From: Macrostomum lignano
Lineage: Eukaryota
Reading direction: 5' to 3'
Length of the DNA stretch: 48,472 nt
NCBI GenBank assembly: GCA_002269645.1
Contig: NIVC01004362.1
Span: forward strand, 1-48,472
A program made the translations under genes and the position numbers. Below, piece after piece: positions 1 to 11,300 of this stretch (the stretch's first letter is position 1; each line of letters begins with the position of its first letter). The notes beneath the pieces were generated by a model, which had not been told where the DNA came from, searched no databases, and was given only the letters and a program-made list of their open reading frames with translations.

Positions 1-505
1 GCATTTACACCTGCACTCTAATGTTCTGAATTAGGCATTGACATATGCCAAGCATCTGAAATGGGAATTTACAGCACGGCTTTGGGATTTACTGCACAGT
101 ATTAGCATTCTAGCCTGGCTAAAACCAGAAATGCTTTCCCATGAAAATCAATGAAATCTATCACTATGTTCCTTCAGTGTGCGTTAGCGCACTCGTGCCA
201 TAGATATTTACATCGAAACCTAGAGATAATCTACCATTTACACCTGCACTCTAATGTTCTGAATTAGGCATTTACACCTGCACGCAATGTTCTGAATTAG
301 GCATTGTTACACCTGCACTCCAATGTTCTGAATTAGGCATTGTTACACCTGCACCAAATGTTCTGAATTAGGCATTTTAAACCTGCACCAATGTTCTGAA
401 TTAGCATTTTCACTTGCCACCATGTTCTGAATTAGGCATTTACACCTGCACCAAGTTCTGAATTAGGCATTTACACCTGCATTAATGTTCTGAATTAGGC
501 ATTTA
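1..505. repeat. Tandem repeat, ~32-36 bp unit (gcatttacacctgcactctaatgttctgaattag)
   Basis: One unit at 1-34 and ~8 degenerate units at ~235-505. Confidence 0.9.
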
Positions 506-1186
506 CACCTGCACTGTTGCCGCTTCACAATTTCTGAATCATGTCGACAATCGATGGATCGCTAATGTAGCTTGCGTTTTTTCAGCCAACTTTCTACGAA
601 AAAGACTGCAGGCAAATAGATTGCAGGCGGATGATACTTCACATTACGAGCTAATTACATAGTCTACTAATGTCACGAAACTCTGATTCGGTTCGCATTA
701 CTCGTTAGTTAGTTTATTTATAGAGATCGAATACTAAAGTCTTCAGAATACGATGAGAAAAGTGGCTATGGCAATTTTTGTAAAAAAAGTTTTCTATAGT
801 GTCCCCTGAAGTTCCAATCCATTTGTATTGACAATTTACAATTAAAGCATGCCTGTGAACACGGACGGTGATGTTGACAGGTTACATATACGCTCGTAGT
901 TTTGGAAAAGTTGGCACTAATTTCAAAAGCAGAGGCGGCCTACGAAACGGGGATTTTCAACCATTCGCCACCCTCAAAATACGATTATACGAGTCAGTTG
1001 GCGCGTTTACAGGACACGCGTGATATGCTACTAACAGTAGAGCACGTGTAAATGTGGCATTAATTTAACTCGCTCCTAAATGGTCTATCAAGAATCGAGT
1101 AATGTTGCAAAGGAAAAACTAAAACTTCATATTTCTGTTTTCCCTGATGACAACTAAATGTATTTAATCGCTAATATCTGAACTCA

Positions 1187-1422
1187 ACGGGGTTGTAGCC
1201 TAGTAAATAAGGTCGTGGGTTCGACTCTCGACCCACTCGGAACGATTTGCCTTGGGCAAGACATTTAAACTCGGCATTGCTTCAGTTCACCCAGCTGTAA
1301 AATGGGTGCCAGCATTAGCTGGGGTAATTGAGGGTCTGTGGCGACCCCCCCCCAGTCCTTGTCGCTGAGCTTATTGGAGCAGGTGTGATCAATTATTATT
1401 AGTGTTGTGTGTTGTTGTTGTT
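1187..1422 (+). mobile_element. tRNA-derived SINE with CORE/Meta-like central domain
   Basis: A-box-like TAGCCTAGTAA (1196-1206) and B-box GGTTCGACTC (1218-1227). Central CCTTGGGCAAG...CTGTAAAATGGG resembles the MIR/CORE domain. (TGT)n tail at ~1403-1422. A second copy lies at 31136-31300. Confidence 0.75.
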
Positions 1423-2158
1423 GAACTCAAATGATTTCATAATTAAAACGAAAAGAAAAGAATGCAAAGTCTGAGTTTTTTGTATCAGGTTTTTATAGAA
1501 TTTTTGCTTAGCATTTTATTGAACGCCCAAGTGACGCAAAGCATGCTGGTTATATTTCTCTTAGAACAGAACACACGCCAGACTAATGCCTTCTCTCTGT
1601 ACAGTATCGGTGCCACTGATAAAATTAATTTAAACACATGTTTAATCAGACATAACCATATTTTATATGAAAGGGACAACAGCGGCGCGAGCTGAACACA
1701 GACACGTTGGGGTCAGGGTGAGGGGAGCAGGACAAAAAACAAAATAAACTATTCATAAACGCAGAAAATAAACAGGGTTTAAACACAAAACTACAGTGGG
1801 CCGCTAACTGGGCCAGACGGTGCGGGGCTAATGGAAACAAAAAAGCACACAATCGCGAACCGATGAATGGCGGATTTGGGGCGAGGATTAACCGGAAACA
1901 CGACTGGAGGATTCGAGGAAGAATAAAACGGATCAAGCGAGCGGACGACTGATTGCAGGTCGGCGAACCGATTAGAAGCTGCGACAAGCAAAAATATGAA
2001 ATTCAAAGAGAGGTTCTGCGCGAACAGGAGATGAGAAAAATGAGAGAAGAAAAAGCCACGCTCGAATTCGATAAGCGGACGCAATCAATCACTGTTAATG
2101 TCCAACAGCGCGCTGAGGTCGTCGGAGTCTGGGGACGCCGCCGACGCCAGGCCGGGCA

Positions 2159-3632
2159 TCAGGGCGCGTCGGAGAAGACGCCGGACTCGCTAGACGGAGC
2201 GTCCGGACTGTCGCAGAGCAGCAGCGAGTCCAGCTGGTTGAGCGCCGACTGGTCGAACAGCAGGTCGCCGAGGCCGGCTAGGAGGTCGCCGCCATCAGCA
2301 CCGGCGGGCTCGGCAGCGACAGGCCAGTCGACGTCTGGAACTGCAAAGGCCGGAGCGTCGAGGGTGCCAGCGCAGGCGGTTTCGGCGCCAGCGCCGGCGG
2401 CGGTGGCCAGGTGTCGGCCATCCAGGCCTGACACTTGCGTCGGCTGGCCAGAGTCGCCTGCAGTCGCCGCCGGAGCCGGTCGGCCGCCACGCGAGCTGCC
2501 GAGCGGCAGGAGGCGCCGGTGCTGGTTCTGGGACTGATTTTGCCGCTGTGCGCAGCCGGTCGAGCCAGCTGCAGCGCGAGCGCCAGCGTCATGAGCAGGC
2601 GCGCCAGACCCCGACCCTGCTGCTGAGGGTTGGCCACAGGCACTGCTGTCCTGTCTGCCGGGGTCGAGCGCGCGCCGCTCAGAGCTGAAACGCCCTGGCT
2701 GCAGCCGCCCTCCAGCTGCACAAGCAGGTGGTTCAGCCTGCTGCCCAGCTTTTCCAGCTTCTCCTTAAGCTCAGAGTTCTCGCAGCGCAAGTAGCGATTC
2801 TCAACCTCCAGTCGCTGCAACGCCGACTCCATCTTTTCCATTTTCTGCTTCTTCCGGTCGCGAGCCTGCTGAGCCGCGATGCGGTTCATTACTTTCCTGG
2901 AAATTGTCAACGAGAATAGAATAGAATTATTTTCTACAGACTACTTAAAGTAGACAAGTAAGTAGTATCGCAGGAATGACTTCCGGGTGAGTCTTAATTT
3001 ACAACAGATTCAAAGCTTACCGTCGGGTCAGTTTCTCGTCAGCGGTCAGGTGGTTGAGCCGAGCCCGCTTCCGGCCGTAGATTGACGAGCCGAGCAGGTC
3101 GTCGTCATCCTCGAACTCGTCGAAGGACAAAGTCGAGTAGGTCGACGAATCTAGTGGGGCCTTCTGCAGAACCAGATTCTCCGATTCGGTGCGAATCTTC
3201 GAGTCTGCCGCAGCCACTGACGAAGACGACGATGTTGAAGTCGACAGGGCCGGGGACAAAGCCGACGCCGGATTTGTCGAGCCGAGGACGATGCGCGCAG
3301 GCTGGGCGTCCTCCATGTCGAGCAGGCGCGGCTCCTGCATCATCTTGCGCTTGCGAAAGTGCTGCTGCGAGCTGTCGGCTGGGCTAATGATCTTAGTCCC
3401 GCTGCCGCCGCCGCCGACAAAACAAGTCGACGCGGGAGGCGCGGCCGACTCCGAAACATCGACGGAAGTCGGCCGACGCGTCGGCTCGCTTGAACAGCTG
3501 CTGCTGTTGTTGTTGGGTCAGCGCCAGCTTACCGTTGCCGCCAGGGACTTCAACCAGGCACATCTGCGGCCCGGCGATGCCCGCCTTCTGCAGCAGGGCG
3601 TACACGACTTTCGATGACGCGTTGATAGTCAT
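2159..3632 (-). CDS. XBP1: X-box binding protein 1 (bZIP); unspliced form stops at 2278, IRE1-spliced form stops at 2159
   Basis: RKRARLNHLTADEKLTRR|KVMNRIAAQQARDRKKQKMEKME matches the XBP1 basic region. GT-AG intron 2897-3020 joins the two ORFs in phase. Removing 2623-2645 opens a frame ending in an acidic tail (DLLAGLGDLLFDQSALNQLDSLLL). The N-terminal exon (ATG 3632, intron 3379-3532) is tentative; the alternative start is ATG 3343. Confidence 0.93.
2614..2654 (-). promoter_or_regulatory. IRE1 dual stem-loop with 23-nt unconventional intron (2623-2645)
   Basis: mRNA sense: ACAGG-A-CAG^CAGT-G-CCTGT and ACCCT-CAG^CAGC-AGGGT. Both loops fit CNG^CNGN. Excised piece CAGTGCCTGTGGCCAACCCTCAG is 23 nt. 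Confidence 0.88.
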
Positions 3633-3840
3633 CTCTGCGTTACAAAGCGAAGCAGGATGTGTTATGTTCTTCTGATGCAAGAGATTGATGATGAAATATT
3701 TAAGACTGGGAGAGTTGTCTAACCCATTACAAAGCCATGCGGCGATGCTTATATAGGATGATCAGTACCAAAGGTAATCGGTCAATTCAGTCCAAGATTG
3801 TATGACGAAACTACCTCAGAAAAAACCGCTTGAGAAACTT

Positions 3841-3848
3841 CCACGTCA
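3841..3848 (+). promoter_or_regulatory. UPRE (CCACGTCA = reverse complement of TGACGTGG) in XBP1 promoter
   Basis: Exact match to the UPRE consensus, ~40 bp from the ERSE. Confidence 0.65.
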
Positions 3849-3885
3849 GCAGTCCGTTGTTTAAATAAGGCTGACTGTAACGCGT

Positions 3886-3904
3886 CGTGGCGTTTTCCTA
3901 TTGG
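3886..3904 (-). promoter_or_regulatory. ERSE (CCAAT-N9-CCACG) in XBP1 promoter
   Basis: Minus strand reads CCAAT-AGGAAAACG-CCACG, an exact consensus with correct spacing. TATA-like TTATTTAAA follows at 3868-3860. Confidence 0.8.
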
Positions 3905-5338
3905 TCCGCGACCCGGTAGAACGCCAGAGCAAGAGAGCTGGAATTGCAATGTTGGAACACGGGGCAATGCTGTACATTTATACGCCTGTACATTTCGATA
4001 CGCACGCCCACTATGAAGCACGTGACCCATTGCGGGACAGGATTGTACAGTGATCCCAGTCTATTTTTAGAAATCACGCAGGGGCTGAGTGATGTTACTG
4101 TTCAAAAAACCGTCCTATCCACCCGCCCCTCTTACTGCCAGCGTGGAGGCAAACCCCCCCCTCCCGGTTCCAAACTGCGATTCCAGCGTGGAACTTTGGG
4201 CATTGGGTGGGGCTGCCGGCTGTGCCTTGTGTTTAAACTCTAGCGAAATGCTGTTTCTCGTAATTTCAGCTGTTTACTAAGGCACGTTGCCATAATAAGA
4301 CGGCCAGCGCCCCCCACCCCTACGAGGGTGAGAGAGGCGGAAAGAGCGGGGAGAGGCAGCCCGCCGAACCCGTAGCAGCCAAAGCTCACGCCCGGCATGA
4401 CTAGGCAAAAAAGCACTGCCGATCAATAGGCGATAGTAAAAGACGGTTTACACTGAGTAGTTGGATATTCAATATTCTCTCCAAAAGGGATCAGATACTC
4501 GATAGTTCCCAGCTAAGCTAAGCCAATCAGTAACTGCAGAAATAGAAACGAAGAGGAAAGAAAGGCCAAACCGGAGTTCTTAAATAAGAGTTGTTCTGAC
4601 AATGTTCAGCCGACTGTAATTCACTTGCATTACAAGCCTTCCAGCTGGGCAATTCGAACATAATGAATTGAAAACTGAAATCTGTACAACTTACAGATTT
4701 GATACAAAACATGGCATATCAGTACAAAACATGAAATGAACAGGCAAATAGAAAAGACAAAGAAGTACTCCGCAGCAAAACCATCAATTGAAGCCTAAAG
4801 TTAAAAAAATTAACTCTTTTATGCATAAATTTTGAAGAGCAAAAATTCAAAATTTTTGCCGTTTTTTATTTAGTGCAATAACAGAAATTGTTTTCAGACT
4901 AGCACGAAACTGGAAAACGATGACAAATTATTAATGAATGATAAATTGATGAAGAATAATTGAAATATGAAGCAATCAACGCACTCGAGGTTGTGAAAGA
5001 GAATAGTTTTGAGTAGCAACCAACACATTTGGACACAACAATCATAGCAAGACAGAACAACAGAAAAAGCATCATTGTGAATCGATATTTGTTAGTGAGC
5101 CTTTGCAGTGCAGACTGTAGTACTATAAATATCCAAAACAATGGGAAGCAAACCAATGCAAATAAAAGCTAATAATATTATGAAGAAATAAAACAATGCC
5201 TACTAACAGTAGTTGGTAGGTAAGTACCGCATTAACCGAGTGTCACTAAATATGATAAATAAAAGATGAATCAATATAAAATTCTCAAACTAACAATAGA
5301 ACTCAATTTGATAAAATGTCTGCTCACTAGCGCTCTGC

Positions 5339-8300
5339 TCACTGCAGAGCCGGCCCGCCGTGTCCAGAGGCTGAGGGCCGGCCGGTCCTGCAGTACACTG
5401 AGCCCTTGCTGCGCATATACTTGCTAATATAAGACTTCGCCTTGCCCTGCACATTGGCGTTCACCTCCAGGTCTTCAATATGGCGCGTGTGCTTCAGCTC
5501 CTTCAGCAGGATTGCGTGAGTCATCTTCTTGACTAAGTACTTCAAGTCCTCTTGATTGGTGATGCGGCCAGTCTGGCAGGTGGCGGCGCAGTAGCGCTGC
5601 AGGTGCGCGTGGACGAACTCCTTCATCGAGGCGGTGAAGGCAGCCTTCTGCTGCAGCTCGCGCGAGCTGGCCACCTCGCGGCGCCTCTGTTCAACTTTTC
5701 AACGCGCTCCCGGCGCCGGATTTTCACGGCGTTCCGGGTGATCATGTCCTGGATCTCGTCGTGGGACACCTGGAAGCGCCAGGCTCCGTTGTACTCGAAG
5801 GCAGCCTCGGAGGCGGCCGCCGATGGCTCCGCAGCGGTCTCTTCGGGCAGGGCGTCCCACGGATAGGTGGGCTCCCAGGAGTGCTCGCTACCCGGCTGGT
5901 CGCGCCACACAGTCCGCCTGGTGCCCAGATGGTAAAAGTACACACGGCCGTCCGGATCGCGGGCCGAGCGCCATTGCGGCGGCAGGCCGCCCGAAGCTGC
6001 GACGGCTGCAAAATGAAATGCAAATACAATGCGAAAATTATACTACTCACTGCCGTGAGTAGACAGGCACAAAAAATATGAAAACTCGATGATCCGATAA
6101 AAAAACTGGCTCACCCGCATCGCCTCGCTGCGTGACAGCCAGCAGTAGTCGGTGCACATTCGGATCAGCCGCAGCCGCATCGGCGAGATCCTCCTGGCTG
6201 ACGCAGCCGGCCATAGCGGCGGATCTGGCATGGAAGCCGCCGCCGCCGCTGCCGCCTCGCAGTAGCATTGCCTCGAGCACGCGGCACAGGATGGCGTGCA
6301 CCCCGCCGGACGAGCCGGCGAGGGCGGCCGCCTGCAGCTGCTTTCTATCGGGCTCCGTCATGCCTGCGTACGCCTCGAACAGCCGGTCGAATTCCTCGGC
6401 CGCCGCGCAACTGTCCGCCGTCGGCTGCGGCGTCGTCGAAGTCAAAGCCAAGGAAGCATCGGGAGCGGCTGCTTGGGTTGATGCTGTTGAAGACGCGGTC
6501 GCTGCCGCGCCGGAACCGGGAGCCGCTGTTTCGTTCGGCAGACGGTCCCAGCGGGCCAGCAGCTCGGCAGCCAGCTGACCGACTGCATCCCGGTCCCCAG
6601 ACAGACGGCGGAGCAACTGCTGCAGGCTGTCAGCCACAGAGGCTCGGGCCAACTGATCAGCCGATGCCAGCGGCACGCGGGCCATCGTACGCAGAGCTGC
6701 CAAGACCAGCTGAGTGTTCGGCGAGGATGACGAATTCGAGCAGCAGTTGGGCGCTGCCTCGGTCAGGCAGGCGGCGGTCAGTTGCAGCCCGTGGTGCCGC
6801 CGAAGAGTCAGTAGGCAGTCGGCGACAGCGGGGCCTGCAGCATCGGCCAGCAGCTGTAGCAGTCGGGTCCTGGCTTCGATCGGCAAATCTCGCTGGTGCA
6901 GCAGGGCCTTCAACAGCAATTCACGATAGCATGGGTTAGCTAGTTAGTTCGGAAATAGGGCTGTCTGTGGACGCTGCCGCAAATCATGGCAAGAGGTCAG
7001 TCCGCTAATCCCTGAGCACACACCCACACGGATACATACACAGGGTCAACAGCTGTACTGACTTTCTAATCAATTTGGGCTCAGACAACAGCAACACAGT
7101 TCATGAGCCAACTCACCCTGAGCAAGCTTATCACTTCATTAGGCTGCGTCACAGTCTCAAGCGTCAGCAGCTGGCTAGCATCGTGGCCAAAGTCGAGCGT
7201 CATTGAAGGCTTGCCGCAGCAGCTGCAGCGCGTCTCGGCCCCGACTGCGGCTGGCCAAGACAGAAACCGGCAGTCGATGACCAACTCCTCACCTCTGGCG
7301 ATGTCGCGCCTAGCGAACAGGCCCAGCCGACGCTGGCCGCCGGTTACCCACACCTGCGCTTCGGTGTTCGCCTCAACTCCGGCGCTGCCGCTGCAGCTGA
7401 CAAATCTGGCCAGGTTGCCATTCGCAGTGGCATCAGCCACCAGACTGGCTCCCATCGGCATAAAGTACAGCCGCTTGCCAGCCGCCTTGTCCGCTGCACG
7501 ACGCTGCCAAAACTCGCTCCAGTCGACCAGTTCGCCGGCGAATTCAATTAGAAAAGCGCCGGCGCCAACAGACGAGGTGGCGCGGACGCCCCAGTCGCGT
7601 CTGGCGCCCAGATACAGAGGCTCAAGCGGCAGGGCCGATGGCGGCAAGTCGAAGCGCCGATTTGTGCACATCTCGCCGCACGGACAGCGCCTGTTGTCGC
7701 ATTCGACGCGCAGGGCTCGGTTGACGCAATCGGAGCCGCAGGCCTCGGCGCCTCTGGCTGCCTGGTCGGGCGTTGGCACGCTGCAATCGCAGGGCCAGCC
7801 GCAAGCCGGCTCAGTCGGGAGAAATTTTGCTAGCGGAACGCTTCGTTGCAGCAGCTCGTAGCTCGGCGGCGACATGCCCGGCGGCGCGGCCGGTTCGAGC
7901 GGCTCTAGGGCGGCCGCTGCAGCAGCCCGCTTAGCTGCGGCCTCAGCGGCGGCGGACGAATCCAGGGTGTCGTCGTGCGGCTCCTCCGGCTCGGCGACGT
8001 CCGAGGAGAGGCAGCCGGCCAGGAGGGACTGCCGGTCCTGTTCGTCCAGCTCGACCTCGTTGATGCTACGATCGCTGGCGCCGCCGCCGCCATCGCCGCG
8101 CATCGGCGAGGTAGACGAAGCCACCGACATGTCGCTGCTGCATCCGCCGCCAGCGGTATCGTCCGGCCTCGGCGCGGGCGGCGGTCGGCCCGGCGGAGTT
8201 GTCGGCACAACAGAGACGGCGGCAGTTGTGGGGCCGGAGTCGGAGGCACGCAGGCGGGACAGCTCCCGCTGCTGCATGGCCACCTGGCTCTGCATCTGCT

Positions 8301-11300
8301 TGGTGAAGTTAGTCAGCATGCCGAAGAAGTCTGTCAGTTGTTTGAAAGCGGCGTTGGCATCGGCGGAGCTGCCGGTTTTACTAGCGGGCTTACCGCCGAC
8401 AGCTGCGCCGACTGTAGCCGCCACCGGCTGCTGCTTCGGCTGGTCAACCCGGACCGGGGCCGCCTTTGACTCCTGGGGTGGGTAACAGTTCGGGATTGCT
8501 AGCTGGATGAGCTGGGGCATGGCTTGTTAGCGATGGATTATTGGGCATCATCATCCCCATGGTCATCATCATGATCAAAGTGGTCCCCATCAGCAGCTGG
8601 ACATGTTGGCGAGTGAGCAGCTCCAGCTGCTCTATTTGGTTGCTGCAAAAGTGAAATGCAACGAGGCGGCGGGATGCAATGGTAGAACGTTTTTAATTAA
8701 TGTTGACTAAACCAAATCCACGGGAACGCGCATTCACCATACTACTAATACTAAGTAGATTGAAATCCTTAGAGCTCTCATGACTAGAATATCTGGAAAA
8801 CTTCAAACAACCCAGTTGCTTAAATAGAAACCCGCCTATTAAATAGGGAAGCCCCAGAACCCAACTGAAACCTTAATAGAGGCCTGGCAAATTAATAAAA
8901 CAATGAGAAAAAATATAAATTATTAATAGATCGCTCGGCAGTGTAAAAACAAACTTATTGAAGCTTATTCGACGACGACCAACGGGATGGGGGGGGGTAG
9001 TAGAGAGGAAACTGACGGGGTTGCTACGAATGCGACAAGCGGTTGTTTTGCATTATTAATAAATATATTCGAGCTAAGCATATGCTATATAGTATTAGCA
9101 AGTTTGCCAGGTGCGAGAACGTTTGGAAGGGGGGGCACACAAAATTCAAAGACGAAGGAAAACCGGGGGGCGGTGGTCATGCAAATTCAGCAGTTCAGGC
9201 CGCAGGCAGGGCGGAATGCGCGGTACGCCGCCGGTCACCCACCTGGCGCGTGGCGTGCAGGCGGTCGCCAGAGGCGCCAGCGTCGCCGTTACCGCTTCTG
9301 ACTGCGCTACCGTCGTCTCCCGTATCGCCTCCGCCGCTGCGCTGCCGCTGGATCATGGCGTCGACTTGGCGCAGCCGCTCCTTCACCTTCTGTCTCTCCA
9401 GGTGTCGCCGCTCGCGCTCTTCGGCTTTGCTGGCCGCGGAGGTCTCGTCGGCGGAGGGTTCAGCGGCCGAAGCTCGCTTGCTCTGGTGGTGCTGTCTGGA
9501 CCGAGAGCCCGATCGGCTGCGGCGCTGACGGCTGCGACTGCGCTGCCGCTGATTCTGCTGACGGTGACCGCCGCCTCCGCCTGGCGCAGCTCCGCTAACG
9601 CCGCCGCGACCGCCCCCTCCGCCTGCCGACCCGTCAGAGTCACCGGGGCTTCGCCGGCGTCGATGCCGCTGGGATCGATCTCGACGGCCGCTAGAGCTAT
9701 CAGCCTCGCCGCTGCTAGCCGACCGGCTGTCGTCGTCATCGCGCCGGTGACGCCGCTTTGACCGGCTTTTGCCGTGCCGATTCCGACCATTGTCGTCTCT
9801 TCGGCGACTGCCGCTATTGCTGTCGCCGTGTCGACGGTGCCGGTCCTTCTCGTGCTTCTCTTCCTTACCCCGATCGCCGTCTTCTTTGGCGTCTCGGCTG
9901 TTGCCTCGCGACCGATGTCGATGGCGCGACTGAGTCGGCGGCGTTGGGTACCGTCGTCGTCGGCGCTCCTCCCGATGTCGCTCGCCGCTTTGGTCATTGG
10001 GCGATCGCTCTCTGACCCGGTCCTTAGATCGCTCCGATGAGCGCCGGCTCTCCGTTGCCTCCTGGGCGGTTGGGGCCGATCGCGAGGCCAGGCGGTCCTT
10101 CGAGAGGCTCCGGCGCAGCTGGGACTGCGGCCTTCGATCGTCTTCTCTCTGCGGCGCTTCTACAGGCTCCACCGCCGCAGACTTGGATTCGGCGGCCTTT
10201 GTTTCCTTCGACTTTTCATCGCCAGCTTTATCAGCTTCTTCACAACCGTCGTCATCGTCGTCCTCGCCGAACTCGGCTAGCGTCGACTTAAGCTGCCCTT
10301 TAGACGCAGAAGTGTTCCTTCTTTGAGTTGCGTTGGCGCCGCTTCCGGTGGCTGGCGCACCGGAGTCGCCGCCGGAGAAGCTCATGTGCACTTTCTCGCG
10401 AACCTCCGGCAGCTCACGCAGCTCAGTGCCAGCAGCCACGGCTGCGGCGCCGCGATTGTCGGCGTCGCTAAGCCCCATCTCGGTGTCAGTCAGCTGCTGC
10501 GGCTCCTCGTCCGACAGGGTCTCGTAGGAGCTTCCGCCAGACTCTCTGCGCCCGCCGCCGGGTTTGGCCGCGCCGCCGTCTCCGTTGTTTTTGCTCGCTT
10601 CGGCTGTTGAACGCCGACGCTCGCCGCCGTAATGTCTCTTCGGCGAGGCTCCCGGCGACGAGGCACGATGCGACCGGCGCGAAGACGACGAAGACTTTCG
10701 GTGCCTGCTGTGCCGATGGCGCCGGCTGTCTGGGGAGCGTGAGCCGCGCCTCCGCTTGCGGTGCCTGTGCCGGTGCCCGTGCGAGCCACTGGAGCGGCGA
10801 CGGCGCCGGCTTCCTCCTCCTTCACCTCCTCCGTCGTCCTCGCCGGGATCGCGCTGCACATAGCCGTCGTCGCGCTGGTGCATCATGAGCAGTTCGCGTT
10901 CTCGCGAAGATCGCAACCGATCGGCCTCCTGGCGGGTCATCAGAGCGCCGGGAATGGGCGGCAGCGCGGCCGGATTCAGGTGCGACACGTCTGGCAGTGG
11001 CGGCGCCTCGGCTGCCTGCTTGGCGGCCAGCAGCAGGTTCGGCCGGTTATGCTTCGGCTTGCCCTGGGCTGATGGTTTCAAGCTTGGCAGGCCGAGGTTT
11101 GAAAGGGCACTGGAACCGCTGAGGCTGGAGATGCCGCCAAGACTGGACAGCCCGCCGACACCACCTAGGCCAGAGAGTCCGCTGAGGCCACCGACACCGC
11201 TTAGGCTGGCGAGGCCGCCAGAGCCAAGCGAGGACACGCCTCCAATGCTGCTGCTCATGAGGCTGGTTATGCCGCCAGCTGCGCTGGACTCGGTGACAAC

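Noticed and set aside
1187-1250. tRNA gene
   Set aside because: Has A/B boxes but no cloverleaf or anticodon arm, and continues into a SINE body.
8530-8642. Alternative acceptor at 8643/8642 that would end the 1000-aa ORF as a separate gene
   Set aside because: The downstream acceptor ccccag|GAG (8473/8472) keeps the frame and gives the expected SETD2 architecture. An alternative short isoform is not excluded.
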